64,000 nucleotides of DNA from Candidatus Rokuibacteriota bacterium. GTDB lineage: Bacteria; Methylomirabilota; Methylomirabilia; Rokubacteriales; CSP1-6. Under the pieces are notes generated by a model. The model was not told where the DNA came from. It worked only from the letters and a program-made list of their open reading frames with translations, and made no database searches. Made by a program: the position numbers and the translations under genes. Shown in pieces: positions 19,380 through 29,759 of the stretch. The DNA lies in assembly GCA_003220265.1 (NCBI GenBank), contig QHRW01000019.1, positions 1,043 to 65,042 on the forward strand, written 5' to 3'. Every line of letters starts with the position of its first letter. Positions within the stretch are counted from its first letter, which is position 1.

Positions 19380-20312
19380 CCGCCGCGGGCGGCGATCAGC
19401 GCGCACGCCGCGCTGACGAGCGCCAGCCCGACCGTGAGGCCGACGACCTCGGCGACGGCGCCGATGAGCGGCGGGCCGGCGAGGAATCCCAGATAGCCCG
19501 TCGTCGCCACCGCCGACAGCGCCCGGCCCGCCGCGATGCCGGGAGTTCGCGCGGCGGCTCCGAACAACACCGGGACGATGTTCGCGATCCCGAGGCCGAC
19601 CAGTCCGAAGCCGACGACCCCGGAGAGTGAGCCGCCGATTGCGAGCGCGCTGCCGAGACCGACGGCCGCCAGGGCGCCCGACGCGCGCAGCAGCAGCCGC
19701 GCGCCGAATCGATCGACCAGCCCGTCGCCGGCGAACCGGCCGGCGGCCATCACGAGGGAGAACGCTCCGAATCCCGCCGCCGCCACGTGCTGCGCATCGT
19801 TCGCGCCCGCGAGCATCGCGCCGCCGGCCAGCACGGCGCCCACGACGCCGCCCAGGCTGAAGAGCCCATGAAACGACGACATGACCGCCCGGCCCATGCC
19901 GTGCTCGACCGCCGCCGCCTGGGCGTTCATGGAGACGTCGAGCAAGCCGTTACATGCGCCCAGGACCCCTAGCGCCAGCGCCACCCCTTGGAAGACTGGG
20001 GCTCAGCACGGGCAGCGGCATCGCCACGCAGAAGGCAAGAGCCGCCACCGACGTCATGACGCGGCTGCCAAACCGATCGACGAGCCGGCCCGCGGCGAGG
20101 AGGGCAACCACGGCCCTCGCCGCCATGGCGAGGAGCACGAGACCCAGCCGAGCGTCGCCGTGCCGGGCCTGCACGGCTGGAATGTGCGGCACCCAGCTCG
20201 CCAGGACGGCTCCCTTGATGAAGAAGACCGTGCGACGGCGATGCGCGCTCGGTGCATGGACCTCTCGATGCTTGGACACGCCGAGGGCGAGCGACGGTTC
20301 CTGAACCCTCAC
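19380..20312 (-). pseudogene. MFS transporter, apparently decayed (frameshift, internal deletion, lost stop)
   Basis: N-terminal TM1-3 lie in frame 19950..20312 and the rest in frame ..19984. The two frames overlap at 19950-19984. Only about 10 TM segments are recognisable. The second frame has no stop until 18089, which is antisense to the M24 gene. Confidence 0.55.
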
Positions 20313-20533
20313 GCCACGGCGGGCGCCCCGATCTCCTCCGGCATGACGTGCAGCGGGAACCGCGGGCCCGTGAGATCGCCCGGGGCGACGATGCCGCGGT
20401 GGATGAAATCACACATGATCCGGTTGCCCGTCGCCCAGTCGTCATGGTCGGTCAGGCTGGTGTGGTCGCACATTTGGCCGGGCCCAATCGGTCGGCGAGC
20501 GCAGTACGGGCAGCGCCTCTCGCGCCAGGTCAT
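20309..20533 (-). CDS. small hypothetical Cys/His-containing protein (74 aa)
   Basis: Internal ATG of ORF 20309..20842 with a GGAGG RBS. Very high GC3 in this frame. Its stop overlaps the GTG start of the MFS frame (GTGA). Sequence MTWRERRCPYCARRPIGPGQMCDH...; family not recognised. Confidence 0.6.
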   Translation of the reverse strand: MTWRERRCPYCARRPIGPGQMCDHTSLTDHDDWATGNRIMCDFIHRGIVAPGDLTGPRFPLHVMPEEIGAPAVA

Positions 20534-20635
20534 TGGGGTTCCTGCCTCCATCCTTGCGATGCGCGGCGGCCGTCCGGCGTTGCGCGCGAATCCGGCGTCA
20601 CCGGGGACCGTCCCAAACAACGGGAGGGGATCATC

Positions 20636-20986
20636 ATGGAGGAGTTTCTCCGACGGACGAGAACGATGTTCATGGTCGTTGCTGCGCTGGCGATGGTGCT
20701 CGCGGGCAGCGCGTCCGGCCAGGCGGCAGGCGGCGGTCACGCGGACGGCGGTGGTCACGGGGAAGGCATGTCGCACGGTGGACACGACTTCGACCGACAC
20801 CGCTCCGAGGACCACCACTTCGATGGGCGCGACCACGACCATTTCCGGTTTGCCCCGGTCTTTCCCTACGCCTACGAGCCTTACCCGTACGCGCCGTCCT
20901 ACTGGTACTACTGCCCCAGCTACGGAGCGTACTACCCGTATGTGACGAGCTGCCCGGATGCGTGGGCGCCGGTACCAGCCTCGTGA
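20636..20986 (+). CDS. secreted His-rich protein with Tyr/Pro-rich Cys-containing C-terminus
   Basis: 116 aa. GGGAGGGG RBS and a signal peptide. Run GGGHADGGGHGEGMSHGGHDFDRHRSEDHHFDGRDHDH. C-terminal SYWYYCPSYGAYYPYVTSCPDAWAPVPA. Confidence 0.7.
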   Translation: MEEFLRRTRTMFMVVAALAMVLAGSASGQAAGGGHADGGGHGEGMSHGGHDFDRHRSEDHHFDGRDHDHFRFAPVFPYAYEPYPYAPSYWYYCPSYGAYYPYVTSCPDAWAPVPAS

Positions 20987-21007
20987 GGCGGGAGGCCGCT
21001 CGCCCGT

Positions 21008-21256
21008 CTACTGGGTGATCGTTCCGGTCAGCCGCGACAGGGCCAGGCACTTGTCCGCGACGTCGCCGAGGCTGCCCATGAAGGCGTGGCGGGCTCTCAC
21101 CACGTCGAGCCTGGCGGCGCACAGCGCCTCACGGTCCCGGCGCACCTCGTGCATGACGGAGACGTGATGGACGTTGCAGGCCACGGCGGCCATGGCCACG
21201 GCGACGCCGACGGCCACGTTCACGGCGGGAACGAAGAACCGCGTCACTCGTAACAT
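21008..21256 (-). CDS. small membrane-anchored hypothetical protein
   Basis: 82 aa. Strong RBS GGGGAGGAAGG. One N-terminal TM segment. No family recognised. Confidence 0.5.
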   Translation of the reverse strand: MLRVTRFFVPAVNVAVGVAVAMAAVACNVHHVSVMHEVRRDREALCAARLDVVRARHAFMGSLGDVADKCLALSRLTGTITQ

Positions 21257-21399
21257 CGCCGCCTTCCTCCCCGCGCCTTCGGACGCGCTGACGGGCGCGA
21301 GCGTTGCGCCTCCCTTGAAAAAAACACCGCGGCTTCCGGCAACCGTTGGCGCGGCCCCGACATCTCAAGCGACGACCGAACCCAGGAGGGACAGCCACG

Positions 21400-21744
21400 A
21401 TGACGACAGCAACGAACGGCCGGCTCCGTCGCCTGATCGAGACCGAGCTGGCGGGCGTCACTGCGCGCCTGCCGAGGGGCGCCGAGACGCCGGAAACCCC
21501 GTCGAGCGGCGCGGACTTCTTCGACGTCGCCCAGGGCGTCGAGCACCAGGAGCTGGCGACGCTGAGCGCCTCACGCCTGTTCGAGCGGGCCCGGCGCCTG
21601 CGCCTGGCGCTGGAGCGCGTGGACGATGGCGACTACGGCGTGTGCTCGGAATGCGGCAGACCGATCCCGCCGCGGCGGCTTCTTGCCGTTCCCGACGCGA
21701 CCGCGTGCGTGGAGTGTCAGGAGCGGCTGGAGGTCGGCGTCTGA
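21400..21744 (+). CDS. TraR/DksA family C4-type zinc-finger protein
   Basis: 114 aa from an internal ATG with an AGGAGGG RBS. CSECGRPIPPRRLLAVPDATACVECQ zinc finger. Confidence 0.85.
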   Translation: MTTATNGRLRRLIETELAGVTARLPRGAETPETPSSGADFFDVAQGVEHQELATLSASRLFERARRLRLALERVDDGDYGVCSECGRPIPPRRLLAVPDATACVECQERLEVGV

Positions 21745-22394
21745 CGTTCGGGGGCGGGGGCGGCCATCGTGGTCGCCAGCCGCTGCCGGAGAAACAGCCG
21801 GGCGCGGTGCACGCGAGACTTCACGGTCCCGAGCGTGACACCCAGCACCTCCGCCACCTCCGCGTTGGACAGGCCTTCCACGTCGTGCAGCGTCAGCACC
21901 GTGCGGTAATCGGCGGGCAGCTCCTCGATGGCGGCATTCAGCACGAGGCGCAGCTCGGTGCCCCGCGAGGGGTCGTCGAGATCGGAGGACCAATCGACGC
22001 TCGACGCGCCTGGACCCTCCTCGTGGAAGGCGGGCAGCACGTCCTCGAGCGCGATCTCTGCGCGCCGCGACGACCGCGCCCGCAGCTTTTGATACGCCGC
22101 GTTGGCGACGATGCGATAGAGCCAGGAGCCGAACGCGGACTCCCCGCGGAACGTGTCGATCTTCCGGATCACGCTCCAGAGCGCGTCCTGCACCACCTCC
22201 TCGGCATCCCGGCTGCTGCCCGTGATGCCGATGGCCAGGCGATACGCGCGGTCGCCGAAGGTGGCGACGAGGCGCTCCGCGGCGTCCGGCCCCCCGTGGC
22301 GGAGCGCGTCCAGCAGCGCTTCGTCGCGATCGACGCGACGCGCCGCGTCCACGTTCGCGGATGTCATCGGGGTCTCGATGGCCATCGCCCTCAT
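21717..22394 (-). CDS. ECF-type RNA polymerase sigma-70 factor
   Basis: 225 aa. Region 2 (AEEVVQDALWSVIRKIDTFRGESAFGSWLYRIVANAA) and region 4 (LPADYRTVLTLHDVEGLSNAEVAEVLGVTLGTVKSRVHRAR). ATGA overlap with the upstream mini-gene. Confidence 0.92.
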   Translation of the reverse strand: MRAMAIETPMTSANVDAARRVDRDEALLDALRHGGPDAAERLVATFGDRAYRLAIGITGSSRDAEEVVQDALWSVIRKIDTFRGESAFGSWLYRIVANAAYQKLRARSSRRAEIALEDVLPAFHEEGPGASSVDWSSDLDDPSRGTELRLVLNAAIEELPADYRTVLTLHDVEGLSNAEVAEVLGVTLGTVKSRVHRARLFLRQRLATTMAAPAPERQTPTSSRS

Positions 22395-22633
22395 GACGGC
22401 AGCCCGCAGCTCGTCGCCACGAACCCCACGAGGCGCCGGATGGAATCGTCCACGCCGTCGGCGAAGCGCCGGAGAGCCTCGTCCGAGATGCGGGTGAGCG
22501 CCGACAGCTCCGTGGCCGAGAGCGGCAGCCCGGCTTCGAGGCTCGCGCGTGCCGGGTCGGCGCAGAACCGCGCCCGGAACGACTCGTCCGTGACCAGCTT
22601 CCCGATTGCTCGCTCGACCGCGTGCTGACTCAT
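22391..22633 (-). CDS. 80-aa cytoplasmic mini-protein resembling Nif11/NHLP-type RiPP leader domains
   Basis: Internal ATG with a GGAGGGG RBS. MSQHAVERAIGKLVTDESFRARFCADPARASLEAGLPLSATELSALTRISDEALRRFADGVDDSIRRLVGFVATSCGLPS. Its stop overlaps the ECF sigma start. Confidence 0.7.
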   Translation of the reverse strand: MSQHAVERAIGKLVTDESFRARFCADPARASLEAGLPLSATELSALTRISDEALRRFADGVDDSIRRLVGFVATSCGLPS

Positions 22634-22661
22634 CACTGTCCCCTCCAGAAGTCGGCTGGAA

Positions 22662-22677
22662 TGCATCACCCTTGCCG
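22662..22677 (-). promoter_or_regulatory. sigma54-type promoter (-24/-12) for the mini-protein and ECF sigma operon
   Basis: The minus strand reads cGGCAAGggtgaTGCAt, with exact GG-N10-GC spacing. The GC lies 29 nt upstream of the ATG at 22633, with the GGAGGGG RBS in between. The motif is about 115 nt downstream of the sigma54-activator gene stop. Confidence 0.5.
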
Positions 22678-22791
22678 AAATCCGAGGACGCAGCGAAATC
22701 GCGCGCTTCGCGCCGTCACGACGGCGCACCGTCGCGGAAGGGCCGTGGAAAGCTGTATCGATTCAGCCAGCCTGTACGGAAATGAGCAGTC

Positions 22792-24885
<2,094 letters not shown>

Positions 24886-25005
24886 CGGTCGCTCTCGGCG
24901 TGTCCCCCACATTGAGACGCGGGAGCGGACCGAATCGTTTCGGGGGGGGAATGCTTTCAGCGGCACCGCCGGGGCCGCGCACGCCCCGGCAGCGCCGCGG
25001 GCCGA

Positions 25006-25311
25006 TCAGTTGCCCGGATCTTGCACGTACTGCCCGTCGCGGGAGATCACCGGCCGCGCGCCGCTGATCGTGATGTAGTCGCCCGGCCGCAGAGCGCCGA
25101 GCGGGGTGGGATATCCCTTGAAGACGAGCTCGGTGCCCGCCTCCACACGATACATCCGCCCGTCCTGGAGCTTGACGACGCCGGCCTGGGTGTCGACCTG
25201 GGCCACCACCCCGTCCTGCATGCCCGGGTTCGGCACGCTCGACTGGGCCATCGCCCCCGTCGCCACGGCCAGCGTCAGCGCCCATGCCATCGCCACTGAA
25301 CGCAGTTTCAT
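25006..25311 (-). CDS. small secreted beta-rich protein (DUF1344-like by eye)
   Basis: 101 aa from an internal ATG with an AAGGAGG RBS. Signal peptide MKLRSVAMAWALTLAVATGAMA. Mature part GVVAQVDTQAGVVKLQDGRMYRVEAG... Confidence 0.7.
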   Translation of the reverse strand: MKLRSVAMAWALTLAVATGAMAQSSVPNPGMQDGVVAQVDTQAGVVKLQDGRMYRVEAGTELVFKGYPTPLGALRPGDYITISGARPVISRDGQYVQDPGN

Positions 25312-25479
25312 ACCTGCTGCCTCCTTCGTCTCGGCTCGGGCCTCGATTGGACCCGTCACTTGAGAGCACCGGCGCAAGGCCGGCGATCCGCCGCGCCAAT
25401 TTTTTTTCGCAAGAATCCGCAACAGGCTTCCACGGCGGCGCGCCCGAAACCGTGCGGCGTGGAATTGCATCGGTAGGGC

Positions 25480-28400
25480 ATGTGGATCGTCCGCGTCGCG
25501 CTGCAGCGCCCTTACACCTTCGTCGTGCTGGCCCTGCTGATCCTCCTCGCGAGTCCCGTGCTCATCCTCCGCACGCCGACCGACATCTTTCCGAACATCG
25601 ACATCCCGGTGATCGCGGTGGCGTGGCAGTTCACCGGCCTGAACCCGGAGGAGATGGAGGGGCGGATCACCACGCAGTTCGAGCGGGTGCTCACCACCAC
25701 GGTGGACAACATCGAGCACATCGAGTCGACGACCGTGAACGGCCAGTCGATGGTGAAGATCTTCCTGCAGCCGAACGCCCGGCTCGACACGGCCAACGCG
25801 CAGGTGACGGCGGTGTCGCAGACCATCCTGCGCCAGCTGCCGCCCGGCACGCAGCCGCCGCTCATCATCAACTACAGCGCGTCGACGGTGCCGATCCTCC
25901 AGCTCGCGCTGTCCGGCCTGTCCGAGTCCGAGCTGAACGACGTGGGCCTCAACTTCCTACGGACCCAGCTCGTGACGGTACCCGGCGCCTCCATCCCCTA
26001 TCCGTTCGGCGGCAAGCAGCGCCAGGTCATGGTCGACCTGGACCAGCGACTGCTCCAGTCGAAGGGACTCTCACCCGCCGACGTGGTGACCGCCCTCGGC
26101 CAGCAGAACATCGTGCTGCCGTCCGGCACCGCCAAGATCGGCCAGTTCGAGTACGACGTGGCCGTCAACGGCAGCCCGCGCACCGTGGCCGAGCTGAACG
26201 ATCTGCCGGTCAAGGTCGTCGGCGCCTCGACGATCTACCTGCGCGACGTCGCCCACGTGCGGGACGGCTTCGCGCCCCAGACGAACGTGGTTCGCCGGGA
26301 CGGCAGTCGCGGCACGCTCATCACCATCCTCAAGACGGGCACCGCGTCGACGCTCGACGTCGTGGCCGGCATCCGCGCGTTGCTGCCCCGCGTGCTCCCG
26401 ACGCTGCCGCCGCAGGTCACCGTGCAGCCGCTGGCCGACCAGTCCATCTTCGTGCGGGCGGCGGTGAACGGCGTGATCCGGGAGGCCGTGATCGCCGCCT
26501 GCCTGACCGCGGTGATGATCCTCCTCTTCCTCGGGAGCTGGCGCAGCACGGTCATCATCGCGGTCTCCATCCCGCTCTCGATCCTGACCTCGGTGATCAC
26601 GCTGAGCCTGCTCGGCCAGACCATCAACATCATGACGCTCGGCGGGCTGGCACTCGCCGTCGGCATCCTGGTGGACGACGCCACCGTGGAGATCGAGAAC
26701 ATCAACCGCAACCTCGACATGGGCAAACCGGTCCGGCAAGCCATCCTGGACGGCGCCCAGCAGATCGCGGTGCCGGCGCTGGTCTCCACGCTCTGCATCT
26801 GCATCGTGTTCCTGCCGATGTTCCTGCTGGGCGGGACCGCCCGCTACCTCTTCGTGCCGCTCGCGGAGGCGGTGATTTTCGCGATGCTCGCCTCGTACCT
26901 GCTGTCGCGCACGCTGGTGCCGACGCTGGCCATGTACCTGCTGGCCGCGCCCGTCGAGGGCGAGGCGCCCTCGCGCAATCCGCTCGCGCGCGGCCAGCAG
27001 GCGTTCGACCGGGGGTTCGAGCGGGTGCGGCTCGCCTACCGCGGGTTGCTCGCGCGGCTGGTGGAGCGGCGGATCGTCTTCATCCCGGTGTTCCTCGTCG
27101 CCTGCCTGGCCGCCTTCCTGCTGGTGCCGCGGCTCGGCGAGAACTTCTTTCCGGACACCGACAGCGGCCAGCTCACTCTGCACCTGCGGGCGCCGACCGG
27201 CACGCGGATCGAGGAGACGGCCCGGCTGACCGACCTCGTCGAGGCCGCCATCCGGCGCGAGATCCCCGCCGGCGAGCTCGACGTGATCCTCGACAACATC
27301 GGGCTGCCCTACAGCGCCATCAACTGGATGCACGGCGCCTCCGGCGTCATCGGCGCCGCCGACGCCGACGTCCTGGTGTCGCTGAAGGCCCGCCACCGGC
27401 CCACCGCCGACTACGTCCGCGCGCTCCGGGAAAGGCTGCCGGCGGAGTTCCCCGGCGTGACGTTCTATTTCCTGCCGGCCGACATCGTCACGCAGATCAT
27501 CAACTTCGGCCTGCCGGCGCCGATCGACGTGCAGGTCGAGGGCGCGGACGTCCAGGGCAACCGCCGCGTGGCGAACAAGATGCTGAACGAGCTGCGCGAG
27601 GTGCCGGGGCTGGTGGACCTCCGGATCCAGCAGCGCTTCGACTATCCGAAGTTCGACGTCACCGTCGACCGCACGAAGGCCGCCCAGGGCGGCTTCACGC
27701 CCCGCGACCTCGCCGGCAGCCTGCTGGTGTCGCTGAGCGGCAGCTTCCAGACGACGCCGACCTTCTTCCTGAACTGGCAGAACGGCGTCAACTACAACCT
27801 CGCCACCCAGACGCCGCAGTACCGCATCCAGTCCCTGCACGACCTGCAGAACATCCCGGTCACCAGCCCCGCCACGGCCACCCGGCCCGGCATCCTGGCC
27901 GACGTGGCCTCCATCACGCGGTCGAGCGAGATGGCGGTGCTGTCGCACTACAACATCCGGCGGGTCGTGGACATCCACGGCGCCGTGCAGGACCGCGATC
28001 TCGGCGCGGTGGGGCGCGACGTGGCGCGCCTCGTCGAGGCGAACCGGCCGCTGCTCCCGCGGGGCAGCTTCCTCACCGTGCGCGGCCAGCTCGCCACGAT
28101 GCGGACCGCGTACGTCGGGCTGCTCACGGGGCTCGGGTTCTCGATCGTGCTCGTCTACCTGCTGATCGTCGTGAACTTCCAGTCGTGGCTCGATCCCTTC
28201 ATCATCGTTACCGCGCTGCCGGCTGCGCTGGCGGGCATCGTGGTCTTTCTGTTCCTCACCGGCACCACGCTCAGCGTGCCGGCGCTGATGGGCGCCATCA
28301 TGAGCATCGGCGTCGCCACCGCCAACAGCATCCTGGTCGTGGCCTTCGCCAAGGAGCGGCTGGCCGAGCACGGCGACGTGGTGCGGGCCGCCGTCGAGGC

Positions 28401-28620
28401 CGGCTTCACCCGCTTCCGCCCCGTCCTCATGACCGCGCTGGCCATGATCATCGGCATGGTACCGATGGCGCTCGGGCTCGGTGAGGGCGGCGAGCAGAAC
28501 GCGCCGCTCGGGCGGGCCGTGATCGGCGGTCTGCTCTGCGCCACCGTCGCCACGCTCGTCTTCGTGCCCTCGGTGTTCGCGCTGCTGCACGGGCGGCGCG
28601 CGACCGGTGGACCGCGATGA
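25480..28620 (+). CDS. efflux RND transporter permease subunit (HAE1-like)
   Basis: 1046 aa, 12-TM AcrB-type architecture. TM4 motif GILVDDATVEIENI. Confidence 0.95.
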   Translation: MWIVRVALQRPYTFVVLALLILLASPVLILRTPTDIFPNIDIPVIAVAWQFTGLNPEEMEGRITTQFERVLTTTVDNIEHIESTTVNGQSMVKIFLQPNARLDTANAQVTAVSQTILRQLPPGTQPPLIINYSASTVPILQLALSGLSESELNDVGLNFLRTQLVTVPGASIPYPFGGKQRQVMVDLDQRLLQSKGLSPADVVTALGQQNIVLPSGTAKIGQFEYDVAVNGSPRTVAELNDLPVKVVGASTIYLRDVAHVRDGFAPQTNVVRRDGSRGTLITILKTGTASTLDVVAGIRALLPRVLPTLPPQVTVQPLADQSIFVRAAVNGVIREAVIAACLTAVMILLFLGSWRSTVIIAVSIPLSILTSVITLSLLGQTINIMTLGGLALAVGILVDDATVEIENINRNLDMGKPVRQAILDGAQQIAVPALVSTLCICIVFLPMFLLGGTARYLFVPLAEAVIFAMLASYLLSRTLVPTLAMYLLAAPVEGEAPSRNPLARGQQAFDRGFERVRLAYRGLLARLVERRIVFIPVFLVACLAAFLLVPRLGENFFPDTDSGQLTLHLRAPTGTRIEETARLTDLVEAAIRREIPAGELDVILDNIGLPYSAINWMHGASGVIGAADADVLVSLKARHRPTADYVRALRERLPAEFPGVTFYFLPADIVTQIINFGLPAPIDVQVEGADVQGNRRVANKMLNELREVPGLVDLRIQQRFDYPKFDVTVDRTKAAQGGFTPRDLAGSLLVSLSGSFQTTPTFFLNWQNGVNYNLATQTPQYRIQSLHDLQNIPVTSPATATRPGILADVASITRSSEMAVLSHYNIRRVVDIHGAVQDRDLGAVGRDVARLVEANRPLLPRGSFLTVRGQLATMRTAYVGLLTGLGFSIVLVYLLIVVNFQSWLDPFIIVTALPAALAGIVVFLFLTGTTLSVPALMGAIMSIGVATANSILVVAFAKERLAEHGDVVRAAVEAGFTRFRPVLMTALAMIIGMVPMALGLGEGGEQNAPLGRAVIGGLLCATVATLVFVPSVFALLHGRRATGGPR

Positions 28621-29759
28621 CGGCCTCGCGCCGCCGGCACGTCGCGCTCGTCGCCGTCGGGGTGGTGGTGGGCGCCCTCGCGCTCGGCATCGTCTCCGGC
28701 CTCCGCGCGCGCAGCGCCGCCAGCACCGCGCTCAGGCAGACCACCACCGAGGCGGCCGTCGCGCGCGTGCGGGTCGTGTCGCCGAAGGCGGGCGCGCCGA
28801 CGCAGGAGATCCTGCTGCCGGGCACGACGCAGGCCTTCTCGGACGCGCCGATCTTCGCGCGCACCAGCGGCTACGTGAAGGCCTGGCACGCGGACATCGG
28901 CGCGCACGTCAAGCAGGGACAGCTCCTCGCCGACATCGAGAGCCCCGAGGTCGACCAGCAGCTCCAGCAGGCGCGGGCCGATCTCGAGACGGCGCAGGCC
29001 AACCTCCGGCAGGCGCAGATCACCGCGGAGCGCTGGGAGGCGCTGCTGAAGACCGACTCGGTCTCCAAGCAGGAGACGGACCAGGCGCTCAGCGCGTTCC
29101 ACGCCATGAAGGCCACGGTGGATTCGAACGCCGCCAACGTCCGGCGGCTCGAGCAGCTTCAGGGCTTCGAGAAGATCTCCGCGCCGTTCGACGGCGTCGT
29201 CACCGCGCGCAACGTGGACATCGGCGTCCTCATCAACGCGGGGGCGAACACGGCGGGGCGCGAGCTCTTCCACATGGCGGCCATCCAGACGCTGCGCGTG
29301 TTCGTGGCCATGCCGGAGATCTACTCGCGGGCCGCGCGGCCGGGCAGCGCGGCGACGCTCACGCTCGAGGAGTTTCCCGGCCGCTCGTTCGCGGGCAAGC
29401 TGGTGCGGACCGCCAACGCGATCGACCTCACCTCCCGCACGCTGCTGGTCGAGGTCGACGTCGACAATCCGGGCGGAGAGCTGCTGCCGGGCGCCTACGT
29501 TTTCGTCCACCTCAAGCTACCCGGGCAGATCGCGTCCGTCACCGTGCCCGCCAGCACGCTGCTCTTCAGGGCCGAGGGACTCCAGGTGGCCGTGGTCCGG
29601 AACGGGCAGGCGCAGCTCGTGCCCGTGGCGATCGGACGTGACTATGGCGAGAGCGTGGAGATCCTCTCCGGGCTGCAGCCGACCGACCAGGTCATCGTCT
29701 CGCCATCGGACTCGCTCACCAGCGGCACGCAGGTGCGAATCGCCGGGGCGACGCCATGA
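28617..29759 (+). CDS. efflux RND transporter periplasmic adaptor subunit
   Basis: 380 aa. N-terminal anchor, coiled-coil hairpin and beta-barrel regions typical of the MFP/HlyD family. ATGA overlaps on both sides. Confidence 0.9.
   Translation: MTASRRRHVALVAVGVVVGALALGIVSGLRARSAASTALRQTTTEAAVARVRVVSPKAGAPTQEILLPGTTQAFSDAPIFARTSGYVKAWHADIGAHVKQGQLLADIESPEVDQQLQQARADLETAQANLRQAQITAERWEALLKTDSVSKQETDQALSAFHAMKATVDSNAANVRRLEQLQGFEKISAPFDGVVTARNVDIGVLINAGANTAGRELFHMAAIQTLRVFVAMPEIYSRAARPGSAATLTLEEFPGRSFAGKLVRTANAIDLTSRTLLVEVDVDNPGGELLPGAYVFVHLKLPGQIASVTVPASTLLFRAEGLQVAVVRNGQAQLVPVAIGRDYGESVEILSGLQPTDQVIVSPSDSLTSGTQVRIAGATP

Noticed and set aside
18089-19984. 631-aa ORF on the minus strand
   Set aside because: The first ~200 codons are the C-terminal half of an MFS transporter. 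The other ~430 are antisense to the M24 gene and have no protein-like features. I interpret this as loss of the MFS stop codon and call it a pseudogene, not a long fusion protein.
22391-22633. Calling the 80-aa mini-protein a bona fide RiPP precursor or a natural-product cluster
   Set aside because: There is no maturase, protease or exporter gene nearby and no Gly-Gly cleavage motif. The gene is translationally coupled to an ECF sigma factor. I report it as leader-like with a probable regulatory role instead.
25385-25410. T8 tract preceded by short GC stems (CGGCG-atc-CGCCG) as a possible intrinsic terminator
   Set aside because: The stem is only 5 bp and is separated from the T-run by 6 nt, and no + strand gene ends upstream. 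It more likely marks an AT-rich UP-like element of the divergent promoters. I found no sigma54 motif with correct spacing here.
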